From positions 3,100,001-3,164,000 of the forward strand of contig OZ024753.1 in the NCBI GenBank assembly GCA_964016885.1: 64,000 nt of DNA, in the 5' to 3' direction. Positions 51,017-64,000 of this stretch are shown here, piece by piece. The translations under genes were made by a program, and so were the position numbers. The notes beneath the pieces are model-generated. The model did no database searches and was not told the DNA's origin. It saw only the letters and a program-made list of their open reading frames with translations. This DNA is from Eledone cirrhosa (Eukaryota). Within the stretch, counting starts at the first letter, position 1; each line of letters opens with the position of its first letter.

Positions 51017-51872
51017 GTATGTGGTTCATATATTAATATGATCAGCTTTGGATCATTTGGTCATGAGTTTGATTCCCAGATCGGGCAGTGTATTGTGACC
51101 ATAAACTACACTTTCTTTCATGTTGTACTTGTAATTCAAGGGGCCACTCATGTCTTACATTGTGTCATGCCTTATCAGCATCAAGTGGTACATTTGGCTA
51201 ATGAAACAATTGTTCAAAGAATATTATAATAACCATACAATGTTGTTCTATAGACAAGAAACATGGCAAAACCTTCTAGTTACATCTGGAAACTGAAAGA
51301 TGACTTTGCTTCTTCGCAATTGATGTATTTTGCAAAGATTCAAGTCCTATAACAATGGAACCAGACATGCAAGATCTGCAAAGCAGAGAGGTCGCTAATT
51401 TTGAATAAATTATTAGATACTAATGACTGCCTTAATACCTAAAGCGAATTATGCAAACCTGGCCCACAGAGCGCAAAACTCAACCTTTGTTTCTGGCTGC
51501 AATAAAACAAGGAACCTGCAGTTCACTAGGAGCACTCCATTCCATTTTCACCTGATAGCAGCCACAGCACCAGTAGTATGAATAAAGAACACTAACCATA
51601 TAGTAAGGAAAATGGACTGAATATCAAATAAAAAACATTTCATTCTGTGCTTCAAAATGTAATGCAATATCAGAATAAAATAAAATTGAGAAAAGGCAAT
51701 TGTTTTTCTAGGAGTTGCCTCTCTTGGATCAAATATAAATATAATTTGTTTTCCATGTGATTAAATACTGAAGATTGATGGCTGATTTGGGACTAATTTG
51801 ATATGATTAAACTTTTAGCATTGTGAAACTGAATATTCTACAAAACTGTATGTTTAATTACCATATATTATA

Positions 51873-52649
51873 CTAGCAGAGGTACACGGCATTGCCTGGT
51901 TTAAAGAAAATGATGAAATTTCAGTCAAAGCTTTTTCTAGCATATATTTGTATCTTCTACTGTAGCTGTTTCTTTTATGTAACATCTTTTAGTTGAAATA
52001 TTATTACATACTTAGTTTCTTTATTCCTTTCATATCACTGATGAAATACAGTTGTAAATATGTTGGTTCTTCTTCTGAAAGTGGTTGATTTAGTTCAACA
52101 CTTGAATGTAATTCACGTCTTGAATGTGGGTATACAACCACCTTCATGGATGACATTTGTACCAAATGATGTATTGCACTTCTGAATATTTTGAAGAAAG
52201 TGTCTTGATTCAGTAGTTGCTGCCCATGTCTCACTACCATGCAGCCCCGCACATCTCACACTTGCATCATATAACCGACCTTTCAGAATTTCCTTGTACC
52301 AAATTCACTTGAAATGTAATGTGCAAGTCAGAGGTATGAAAATTGAAAGCATGTTTGCAAAATGAAATTTTTAACCCCATTGCTCTCATAAAAAATTGTT
52401 TTATTTGTCTTTAGACACAACATCTTAAAGTTTTAAATATAGAGTTCTTCATTCTATTAAGAAATTGGTTTCATAAATATAATAAGTGTATGGCTAAACA
52501 AGATAAGCTCTGAGGAATTGTTTTGACCAAACAATAGGTCTAAATTCCTGCAGCGAAATGTATTAGTTGCAAATCCTTGGCCAGAAAACTAAAAACTTCC
52601 TAACTTTTATTTCCCATCACATTGAAATCAATAACTATTATAATATAGA
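51873..52649 (-). mobile_element. internally deleted Helitron (777 bp)
   Basis: The minus strand runs A|TCTATATTATAATA ... CCAGGCAATGCCGTG hairpin ... CTAG|T. The interior encodes ESRHFLQNIQKCNTSF..EGGCIPTFK and PLSEEEPTYLQLYFISD, similar to the N-terminal RepHel region. Confidence 0.8.
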
Positions 52650-53982
52650 TAGGTTTGTGTCAATGTGCCTCTGAATGTAATAAAGGAAGATGGGAGAAAG
52701 CAGTGAAAATGAAACAGTGAATTGAATGAAGAGGTGGATGAGCAGAATAAAATATGAGACAGAGCGAGAGAGAGAGATAAAGAGAGGGAGAAAGAATGGA
52801 GAGAATAGAGAACATTATTTACATTCACAGATAGACACACAGCAAATATTACCCATAAAATATCATTTTCAAATTAATAGACTTTTCAGTTAATACAGTA
52901 AATCAATAAATACTTCAGGATATCCATAAAAATATCCATATGATATTATTTACACAAATCTGTTTCAAACAAATGCACTTTTAAACAGAGAAGGAAATTT
53001 TATATGCCATACACTCTGTTTATTATGTCTGCCTATGAAAACAAGACAACTTAGGAAATTATTTGTAGCCAATTCGTACATTTATTGCAGAACTACAAGT
53101 AAAATTGATTTGCTTCCAATAGCCAATAGTCAGTTGAAAGTTGAAGAGGTCTTAATTCCCTATTTCTCCATCTTTATTATGAAGGAGTTTGGCATTCAGC
53201 AACCCATGACATCATATTTTAATAGAGATTTATATCCTAACACACAACTCAGAAACTTCTTTGATAATCACTCACAAGTACTGTTCTCACTTTGTTTATT
53301 TCTCCTCTTAACTTTATTGACCTATATCTATGTTTCTTGACCACATTCAACCAGAACATATCTGTATTCTGTAAAATCAATATCATATATTTAGACTCAG
53401 AAATATATTCTTATAAAATAAAGGTCTATCCCTCTTACTTATTTACTTTTGCTCTTGTCCAATTTTAGGAGAAGTCTCACTAAATCTATTTTGTTTTGTT
53501 TTTACTTAAAGTTAAAACAGGAAAATAAATATCAATTAAAAATATAACATTAATTATCTAGTAATTAATTTTATAAAAATTAAATTTTATATCCATGCCA
53601 TGTGAGGAGTTGAATTTTTTAATTTCAAATTTTGATTGACGTTTATGTTTTAGGATCATATATTTTGCACTGGAGACTTGCCTTCAAGTATAGCTTTTAA
53701 CCACACAATCTTGGAATTGTATTGATTTTTTTACATGGTTTAAGACAATGTTACAGGGCAAGTTCGAACTAATGATAATTTTAATAATTCAGCCATAGCC
53801 TACTTTGTCATCAATGACAGCAACAACAACAGTAACAATGACAATAAAGAGAGAAAAAGAAAGTTAGTTGGTTGCTGCTGAAGATCAAACACTACATACT
53901 TAGTTCAGTGAATAAGGATATTATTCATTGTATTTCTTAAGCAAATAAATGCAAGGAACAACTTCCTGAAACACAGTGTGTC

Positions 53983-54225
53983 TTGGGCATTTTAAACCTG
54001 ACAGAGCCCTTTCTTCTCCAGGTTAGAACTCAACCAATTTCTCCCAAAAAAGAAGACAGAGAAAGAACTGACCTCAGCACTGAACTAGTAATTTATTTAT
54101 CAACCTTGAATGGATGAAAGACAAAGTTGACTGCAGTGGGAATTAAACTCAGGGAACAGTGAGCAGAAACAAATACAGAACCATTTTTAATCCTATACAC
54201 TAATGTTTCTGTCAATTTGCCACCT
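53983..54225 (-). mobile_element. decayed Meta-domain-like SINE with an alternative tail
   Basis: TTTATCAACCTTGAATGGATGAAAGACAAAGTTGAC core remnant. The adjoining segment resembles 32870-32945. Confidence 0.55.
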
Positions 54226-55484
54226 TCTATGGAAAAAATATTGACCATATTGTAACAAGTTGTAAAATATTAGCTGAGGAAGAATACAGGGGATGCCAGG
54301 ATAAGGTCTGTCTTAATTTTCACAGCTCAATTTATGAACAAAAAGAGAATGATATAATACCTCATAGAGAAGGACTGGCAACATATCACAGACAAATTAT
54401 GTTGGTGGAAGTATGCAGGGACTGTAAGTATAATGTCGAGTACAATATTGAACAGGGGAGGACGGGAGCGAGGAGGAGGAGGAGAAGAAGAAGAAGAAGA
54501 CGGCGAAGAAGACAAAGACGAAGACAACAACAAACATGAAGACAAAGAAGATTATGATAATATCAGTTTTAGTAAGAAAGTTTCATGTACTGATTATAGC
54601 AGACTAATTGTCACAACAATGATGATGATGTTGATGGCTGTTGTATGATAATACAAATGTTGGATACTAAGCAGAAATAATTTGAAATGATTGATGATGT
54701 GATTGGTGGTGTGCTGATATAGAGTTAGAAAATGGTGACAGATGGAAAATAGTTGTTAGCTATTGCTAGGTTTGATACAGCTGCTAGCAAGCAATAAGTA
54801 TGTAATTTAAGGTGATTGTTATGATGAGCTATAGAGAATAATGATTGGATTTTGGATAGAGTAATGGTAGGTGTTGAGTATGGAGTGCTTGTGTGTATAT
54901 ATATGTGCTTGTGTATATATATATATATGTTTAAATATATATATATATTTAAATTTATATATATTTATATATATTTAAATTTTATGTATATTTATATATA
55001 TTTAAATTTATATATATATATGTATGTATATAAATATAGGGGAGAATATATTACTTTTATTCTAATCTAATAGAATGATAACAGTAGCTGTGAGAATGTG
55101 TGATTAATGGTAATATTTGTAAGAAAGGGGAAGTTAGCATAGGTATATTACAGCTAAATATATAATATATAGGCTGTATAGAAAGGATGGTGATTTATTT
55201 AGGTAAAGGTCCCTAAACCAATGATGGAGTAATGTAAATGGTAAGGGGTTAATGTCCATTTTCCAGGCTAGCAGGGGTTAGATGAGTTGTCCCATTGTGC
55301 AACAAGTCAGATCAAACAGCCAGGTCTTGCTCATACTGAACTGTTTCTGGTTTGGTTCCTATGACTGGAAGCCCTTCGTAATGCTAACCATATTTACAGG
55401 ATGGATTGCGTGATTTTTATTGTAGCACCAAAATGACTAATTGATAGGTTGGATTGGATACTATTTTACCATGTCACCAATACG

Positions 55485-55765
55485 ACTATTTTACAGTGTG
55501 GACTGGGTGTTTTTTGACATGACACCAACCAACATGACCACTTTACAGTGTGGACTGGGTGTTTTTTGACATGACACCAACCAACATGACCACTTTACAG
55601 TGTGGACTGGGCGTTTTTTGACAGGACACCAACCAACATGACCACTTTACAGTGTGGACTGGGCATTTTTTGTCAGGACACCAACCAACATGACCATTTT
55701 ACAGTGTGGACTGGGCATTTTTTGTCATGACACAAACACAATACAGTGTGGACTAGATGCTTTTT
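55485..55765 (-). repeat. 52-bp minisatellite (~5 copies) within an RTE-type tail (about 55250-55770)
   Basis: CAGTGTGGACTGGG starts at 55494, 55546, 55598, 55650 and 55702. Confidence 0.9.
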
Positions 55766-56799
55766 ATTGTGGTACCAAAATAAGCAGCATGGTGGGATTG
55801 AATGCAGAATATGTGAATGCATAGTAATCCTGAGACATGAAAGGAGTTTAAACAAATATGTTTTCTTTTTTTTCAGTTTTATCAAAGTATTTTACCATTT
55901 TCTTTATTTGTGTTGTTCAGGGCAGCTGGGCCACTGACCACAAGGATTTGCCATTATTGGAAGCTCGACATACTACAGTATTTGCTGATGCTCAAGAGGG
56001 GTTTTGGTAGATTCAGCCCCTTGTTTCAATCACAAATATTAATGCTATGAATATTTTGTGTTGTCTCAAACATATGAAGTACACCAGCAATGTAGGGGTT
56101 TTGGTAGCTTCCGCACCCCTTCTTTGCAATCAGAAATAGTAATGCTGTGAGTATTTTGTGTTGTCTCAAACATTTTACCAACCTCCATTGTTCCATGCAA
56201 TTGAGAGGGTATGTATGTCTTATACTTCCTCTTTGCTTTATGATTCATTTTTTATCTCTTGTATAATTCATAGAAATTTGATTTTGGACATTTTTCCTAG
56301 TGTCTGTTTATGTTTTGGTTAGGTTGAGGTTTCCTATTTGATGAAATCAAATATCTTGTGAAATACTTATTTTCAAAATGACTCTATTGAATAAAACATA
56401 GAATGTATTCAGACATAATCAATACCAAATCTAAAATCTTATAAAAAATTGGAGACTTGAATGGATTTGCTAAAGCAAAAGTTTTAAATATACGATTTAA
56501 AAAAATAAATTGAAGAAACAAAGATTATACAAGACTGGAACATCACCTCACATTTACTCTTGCCTCTTGGTGTGCTTGCATTGAAATTGATTAGTCGAAA
56601 TACTTGTAGACTTGCTTAACCATGCCATCACCATATTTCTAATGAAATACATCGTATTTTAATTAATAAATGAATAAATTTTAGGGGTTTACTAAAATTA
56701 TTTCATTAATTAGATATTAACCTAAGATATATGATTCTTACACAAAATCATGTTGCCAAGTTTTAATTTATATAGGATCCCTTTAAAATTAGTTTTGCA

Positions 56800-57230
56800 T
56801 GTGGCCTTCAAGTGATACCATTAATCTTCCTATTGAACAGTTGCAGTTGATAACTATAAAAAGGAAAAAAAATGTGCAGGGATGGAATTCCAAAGTCAAC
56901 ATTCTAGGGATAATGGGTAGTTCTGGGCCTGATGGTTGTGGAGAAACTATTAGTAACAATAGGAGGAGGGATCAAGTGAATATGGGAGGTAAAACAAGAT
57001 CAGCCTGTACTGAGAAGCAGAGATTCCTGTAGTATTGGGAGAAATTGCAGAAAGAGGAAACAGCCAAGTCCCCTCTCTTTGAGCATAGTTTTTGGGATGT
57101 CTCTGTATTTATAGTTACAATGCTATTTCAAATGTGGCAGCAGAACTTTATTGTGGGTCTTACTTCAGCTTTGTAGTAGGTTAGTAGTAGTTGAGGGATG
57201 AAATATTTTGGGGCTCCAATGATGAATGCT
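56800..57230 (-). pseudogene. decayed CR1/Jockey-group LINE C-terminal fragment
   Basis: Minus-strand translation gives LLTYYKAEVRPTIKFCCHI, AVSSFCNFSQYYRNLC and WNSIP, resembling LYKA.VRP..EYC..W, ASL..FYRYY...C and WNSLP. Confidence 0.5.
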
Positions 57231-58269
57231 ATGTTTTATTATATAACTAATAAGCTTCAGCTAATGGTAAGATTGAATCTAATAAGCTTCAGCTAATGGT
57301 AAGATTGAATTTAAATGTGTGTTTAAGAATATTAAGTTTATAACTAGAAAATTGTCGTTTATCAAAGAATGCAATTATTATGTTATACTTAAGTAATTTC
57401 ATTTTAGAAAAATAGTATTTCATAATATACATATTTAGAAAGTTTTACATTATTATCTATTTTCATGTATAGATGACAACCTCAAAATAAAGAAAAAGCT
57501 TTAACATTTTAAAGGAGGCAAGTATTTTAACAATTTGCAAAATATCTAATTGGTTTTAAGAAAATAGTGTTTTCATTTAGTTAACTCCTAATATACATGA
57601 TATGTCTTAAGGATATTACAATTTTCTTCGCATAAAAATTAGATAATTGAAAAGCTGATCAGAACTAAGAAATTACTGTTTTCCAAAAGTTTCTAGACAA
57701 TGAACATAGAGATTCTCAAATGGATTGTTCTATATTCATTCTTTTTCAAAGTTCCACATAAAATTCTCATATTAGGTTTTTTAAAAAAAACACAAAGATA
57801 AATTAAGTACGCTATCTCTTGCCTTCCCCCTTGTTACCTCACTTTATTTTGGTAAAGTTTAACATAGAATTAACTTCAATCATCTACTAAGAGCTTATGT
57901 TTACAACAGTAACTTTACTACCTTAGGATCAATAGAATGTTAGTTCATCCATGCTGAAATTTAATGTAATTACTAGTTGTGAGGTAGAAATAAATTGATC
58001 ATCTGAGAGATACCAAAATTTAATTGGAAGAAGAATATTTTTAAACAAGGTATTTTTAAACATAGAATAATTTCTTTTTACACTTTTAAATTACTGAAGT
58101 CTGATACTTGAACATGATAGCTAAGCAAACAACTTGAACGTTAGGTTAGAGGCATGATTGTTTGAGACGTTCAGTTAACAACATGGTTCTAGGCTTAATA
58201 TCACTGTGTTGCACTTTAAGAAAGTGCTTTAACCTTATATGACTGAGTTGTATTTAGTATATACATATA

Positions 58270-58548
58270 AGAGGGATAAACTGTAGTGTGCGGGAGAGAA
58301 GACTACATTGGTATGGACATGTGATGCACATGGAAGATGACTACTGGGTGAAGAAGTGCCAAGAAATCTCGATGGAAGGAAGATGCAGAAGAGGAAGACT
58401 ACAAAAACATGGGCTTTGGTGGTGCGAGCTGATCTCAGTTTGCTGAAGTTCACAGAGGAGATGACGAAGGACTGTGAGGAATGGAGAGATGCTGTGCTGA
58501 AAAGAACCCGTCCCACCCTTGCAAGCAAGGAAATGATGATGATGATTA
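58270..58548 (+). mobile_element. RTE LINE 3' fragment
   Basis: VRERRLHWYGHVMHMEDDYWVKKC ... EWRDAVLKRTRPTLAS, then (GAT)n. Confidence 0.85.
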
Positions 58549-58561
58549 TATATATAAATAT

Positions 58562-58830
58562 AATCATCATCGTTTAATGACCATGTTTCCATGCTAGCAT
58601 GGGTTAGATAAGTTGTCCTGTTGTGAGAAATGCTAGGTCAGTAGACCATGTTTTGCTCAGACAGAACTGAATGTGGCTTAGTTTCTACAGCTTAATGCCC
58701 TTTCTAATGCCAACCACATTTGCAGTGAGTACTGGGTGCTATTTGTCTTGACACCTACACCACCACTTTACAATGTGGGTTGAGCACTTTTTGACATGTC
58801 ACACGACTTTACAATGTGGGGTGGGGTCTT
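58562..58830 (-). mobile_element. RTE-type tail, tail-to-tail with 58270-58548
   Basis: CATCATCGTTTAA ... CCATGCTAGCATGGGTTAGA ... ACTGGGTGCT. Confidence 0.7.
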
Positions 58831-59086
58831 CACTAGATGTATGCTTCAGCCTGTCCTCATGGGAGGTGTATGGAAGAGTGGAGTGGGGGTAGAGGTGAGG
58901 GTAGTGCATACTATATGTATGCTTCGGTTTCAGCTTATGCCCATGGGAAGGCAGATCTTCTCTATTACTCAATACCATAGTAGCGATAGTATATTCTTTA
59001 AAAAGGCCAAGAATGAATCTTATTACTCTGGAGTTTCTCACAGGGAAAACTCCTGAGTAATAAATTCCAAGCATAGTCTTAATAAA

Positions 59087-59141
<55 letters not shown>

Positions 59142-59614
59142 TATATATGTGTGTGTGTGTGTGCATATGTACTTTTAATAAATCTATATTAGCAAAATAT
59201 ATAAATATCGTAAAAAGAACATAAAATAAGTAATCATGCTTCAAAAACAAATACTCCTGATAGAATCAAGCTTCACACATTTCAATGACAATCTCCCTAT
59301 CAGAAATGCAATGGATCAGTGATTATTCTATTGGAAATCTGTAACAATGATATATTAATGTGTATACAGCATGACCAAATCTGTGTTATGTTTTCTTTGC
59401 AATCACGAGATCTTGTGTTCATTCTTACAATATGGCATCTTGAGTAAATAGCTTTTTATCACATCCAAGTGTCAGTCCATGCTTTCTGTGTGATTGAAAG
59501 CCCATCAGATGGATTGTGCCTATAAATCAAAGACCCAATCTTGTTATATGTTTTGCCATATTGATTCATTTTAAGAATTATGTTAAAGGTACACAAGTTT
59601 GTGATATATCTCGA

Positions 59615-59787
59615 CATCTACAGATAGAAATATACCCAGACATCTACAGGTAGAAATATACCCAGACACTTACACAGTCACTTAAAGGTAGGGATATACA
59701 CAGTCACTTAAAGGTAAGGATATACCCAGATACTTACAGGTAATGATATACCTAGATACTTACAGGTAATGATATACCCAGATACTT
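59615..59787. repeat. degenerate compound minisatellite
   Basis: Recurring ATATACCCAGA, TACAGGTA and CACAGTCACTTAAAGGTA modules. Confidence 0.7.
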
Positions 59788-60619
59788 CAGTTGATCTTGT
59801 AACTTTTGATAGAGCCGTGAGGGCGCCGTAAGGGCGTTGTATTGACATACAGCATTTCTTGGGCTTTTTAACCTGTTGACTGCCACATGTATTTTACATA
59901 GCGAGAGTTGCTGTGGTGTTTTTTTTTTTCCAGTAAAATGAATATTTTGATTGACAAACGTCACATCAATAAACTAGAAACCCCATCTAGTTTTGAAGTT
60001 ATGAACTGTTGGAAACAAGTTGATAACTTTTAAGTTATGAAATGCTGGAAAAGAGTTCAAACATGTTAGCATGAGTTATCTTGTCTACGGCACTGAAGAG
60101 GTTAATCCTGGCAGAGCCCATACCTTTATAATCATCATATAAACTGACAAAGATCCAATTAGTTGACACATCTAAGAAGACTCTGTTTTCAATTATATAG
60201 AGGAATCCATGAAAATTCTATCAAAGTTTCAGTGGATTTTATCTTGCAGTGAAGTATCTTGCTTTTAGTGTATTCAGGAATTGTTTACTCATCTAAGCAG
60301 CCAGTTAAATGTGATTTCTATTTCTTTCATTTAAGCATTATATTTGTAGTATACCAAAATACTTACTGATATTTTGAATGTGACAGAGTGAAATATAGAA
60401 ATATATAACAAACAAATGCCTATATAATGAGGGAAATTTTTTCAAATGAACCTATATATGACTGAAACATATTGCACAATGTTTATACATATATATATAT
60501 ATGTGTGTGTGTGTGTCTCTCTCTCTCTCTCTATATATATATATACAAAATAGTGAAATAAGAGCAGAAATAAATCTATAACATACAAATAAAAAATTGA
60601 AAAATCGTTAAAATGTGTT

Positions 60620-60672
<53 letters not shown>

Positions 60673-63445
60673 TGCAGAAATGGGTGAGTGAGAATGTATG
60701 CGTGAGTGTGTGTGTGTACACATGCATATATATGTGTAGTTTTCTCAGCAATCTAAGAGAAAACAAGACAAATACAAGCACAGCTGTTAAGATATAAAAT
60801 CTTGATATTGAAGAGAAAGTAGCATCAAAGTGACTAATTTAGAAATATTATTTTCTAAATCAGGAAGAAACATCAAAGAGGATTTTATGACAAAAAATAT
60901 TGTTATTTAAGAGAGAGCTAAGACCTTCCAATTAACTTAATGAAAAATGGAAAAAATAAATGATAAATAAGATATCAACAAATAAGATACACTATAAATG
61001 TGTGTCTGGAAAACTTATAGATTTATTTAAAACCATTGAATAGTGGACACTTGAAGAATGATAAAATACTGATCACCTCCCCTGTATAGTTGCACTTTTT
61101 GGCAGGTGAATAGCCTTCTGAAGAACTAGTCAATGTAAGGGGCCTCTATATACTCAATCAACGTGCTAGATATAGCAGCTATATATTCTCGAAATAGATG
61201 TGGTTGGGATGCCTTTTGACAAAAGCTGACCTGAGGCTAAACAACAATTTACATTCTTTATTCTAAAGATAAAACAAGAAAAGTGAAGAATTTCAAACTA
61301 GGCAAACTAGAGTGAATCATAAAGAAACATTTTCCCAAACAATCTGCAAACATAGTGACTTAACAAAGGATATATTTATATATTCTATTTTCTTCAAATC
61401 TCCCACATCAAAACTTTTCAGAAATCAGGAAAGGTTGGTTAAGCCAAATTTTAAGTATGACCCAAGTGTATAATACAGTCTCACACATACTAAAAATATT
61501 CTTCAATTATTCACCAGATGCATATTTTAAGTTTTAGCTTTTTTTCTTTCTTCCTTTTTCTCTTTAATAATAGTAAAGGAACGAATTTGTTGGAAAGGAA
61601 AATAAATATTGTACAGGTGAATAGCTGAAGGGTAATTACTCATACTTTGTATTCTATGAAATGATGTTACTGTGTTTATATGAAGCTGTGAAGTCTGGTG
61701 GTACTACAGTAGTTTATCTGAATATAGGAAGTGAACTACGACTAATACAGTACAATAGTAGAGCGCTTATCTATAGATGTATAATGAGATACAACCAATG
61801 TGTAGTTTAATATCTTGCTCTGTCTAGAACATGAAGCACAGTTTTTTATTGAACCAATCAATGTGGTTTACTAATACAGATCAAATCTATGAACTCAAAG
61901 TGAAATATATAAACCCAACATAGAAGGCTGTTTACATATCTGTGAATATGGAGTGAGGCACAAGTTATAAAGCCAATTGCATACACACTGGTCATTTTTA
62001 TATATAAAAGTTTAATGATAAAACCAATTTCATTTAATGATGCTGGCATATTACAATCCAAATATTGAAGCACAACCAAAATATTAATATAGGTTTATGA
62101 TACCTAATACATTATAATTTGAAACCTTGCCAATATTTTGTGAATTCAGATATTATAATTGAGTGGAGTTTCAACTTTGGAAAGAGATATGTATATCTTC
62201 TGAGGAAAGGAACCAACAAGAGTATCCAGTCATAAAACACACACTTCTCTATTACTTCATTTTTCTTTATTTGTTACTATTACCAATTGGAATCAGATGC
62301 CTCCAGCCTTCTTATGACTTGTTATATGTCAAATCACAGTTAAGATGCAAGACCTGCTTCATGATAAATACTTCTATAAAATTCTACCTTTTAACAATTT
62401 TGAATAAAAATTCTTCTTTAATTCGAATATTAAAAACTTGTTTGAAATAGTCATACAGAAGTGTATAAATATTGTAACTAGATAAAAGACCAGCTCTTCC
62501 TTTTAGATTTGAGGTAATCCAACTGTTATTACTGGTACTTATTTTATCAGTCTCATAGAGATAAAAGCCAAAGTCAGTGACAATGAACTTGGAATATTAA
62601 CAAAGTATGAACTACCCTAACAATATAAGATATTAATAGTTTTCAGTTGAGAGAATCTTGTATGAAATTAAGTGATGATAAATCTATATTTTAGTGTTAG
62701 GAGAAGTAAACTACTAATATGGAATAGCAATTGTAGTCTAGAGTATATTGTGGAAGATACCTATTATAGGCTGTTTTATAACCTCAGTAAATGGCAATCT
62801 GTCAGATTGAGTCTATTAGGTCATTCATTCCTTAATGTGATTGTCTGTTAGAAAGTTATATCACCAATACTCAAGATGCAATATTAATAGGATATATGTA
62901 TGACAGTTTACGTGAGGATAATTAAATAATATTAGACGAATAAGAAATAAAAAATAAAATTAAATCTGAATTCAGAAAAGAAATAAAAATATTTTAAACT
63001 TTTTTCTAGTAAAGTAAGCATAAAAATCATTTATCAGTTATCATCTATTAGGGCCAGGATATTGCTCCAGTATTTCAAAGCTGGCCTACAGGAAATATTC
63101 TAAAATGAGAATGATTTATGAAACTGTGATACTCATACATTTATTAGGGATATTAAAATGTTAATAAAATGAAATGCTTCTAACTAAGAATTAAACAGAA
63201 GTCAAACCATCAATTTTCTGACAGCATACACCACATACCCAAACTATATGATAACTCTTAATGTCCCATACCACATGAAATCTCATTAGAAAGATATTCA
63301 ACCACCACAAGGCTGCATCATTATCATTTTATGTTCATTGTTCATTACCAAATATTAAGAGATAAAGAACATTTTTAGACACCAAAATTTGATTGATTTG
63401 TTTATTTCTCAACTTCACAAATATCTTCATTATTTTACATTACTC

Positions 63446-63806
63446 CTGAGTTCAAATTTTACATTATTTTACATTATTTTACATTACTCCTGAGTTCAAA
63501 TCCCGCCAAGGTTGACTTTGCCTTTCATCCTTACGGGGTCGATAAAATAAAGTACCAGTAATGCACTGGGTAATTGCTGGCCTTGTGCCAAAAGTAGAAA
63601 CAATTATTTTACATTACTCCAGGCTGTGGATTGGCAGTATCGGTAGAGAGTCGGACGCCATGCTTTCCAGCATAGTTACGGCCCTTTATGGCCTGAGTTC
63701 AAATCCCGCCAAGGTTAACTTTGCCTTTCAGCCTTACAGGGGTCGATAAAATAAAGTACCAGTAATGCACTGGGTAATTGCTGGCCTTGTGCCAACAGTA
63801 GAAACA
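63446..63806 (+). mobile_element. tandem array of Meta-domain-like SINE copies at one target site
   Basis: A 12-bp fragment, a 5'-truncated copy (63490-63602) and a full copy (63620-63806), separated by ATTATTTTACATTACTC. Confidence 0.88.
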
Positions 63807-63884
63807 ATTATTTTACATTACTCGTTGCACCAAGTACATAACCAAAATGGACAACTAATCTGAAGTCTCCTACAACTGACAACA

Positions 63885-64000
63885 ACTTCTTTTTCTTCTT
63901 CTTTGCCCACTTATTCCTGAGAAGGTCATAGGGGTAGAGTCCTCAAACTCTCCATCCAGCAGTTCCTGTCAGAAGCAACCATCTCCAACTGATCTGACTG
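63885..64000 (-). mobile_element. probable RTE 3' end running off the window
   Basis: The minus strand gives QLEMVASDRNCWMESL, then an (AAG)n-like tail. Confidence 0.45.

Noticed and set aside
54433-54648. Acidic low-complexity ORF
   Set aside because: It arises from GGA/GAA/GAC/GAT trinucleotide repeats and has no domain or splice support.

Overview
AT-rich eukaryotic non-coding DNA. The microsatellite load and SINE/LINE types suggest a cephalopod such as an octopus (inference). I find no intact host protein-coding gene, and nearly all listed ORFs are microsatellite translations or transposon debris. The window contains: two tRNA-headed SINE types (CORE-like and Meta-domain-like); many RTE-clade LINE pieces, including a 2.5-kb TSD-flanked, RT-deleted chimera at 22304-24811; R4/Dong, CR1/Jockey-group and mariner remnants; TTAA-flanked piggyBac-type MITEs; a Tc1/mariner MITE; and a 777-bp internally deleted Helitron. 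The most interesting signal is a recurrent class of small non-coding elements beside (TA)n tracts. They are built as foldback inverted repeats or partial tandem repeats, several carry minimal type-I hammerhead ribozyme motifs, and several share a GCTC...GAGCT hairpin tail. This fits Penelope-like pLTR or retrozyme-type elements. One hammerhead is split by the RTE chimera. Other notable signals are two structured RTE 5' modules (ribozyme candidates), repeated SINE insertion at one target site, and a consensus AG|GTGAGT recursive-splice-like site. All calls come from reading the sequence by eye; no database search or folding program was run.
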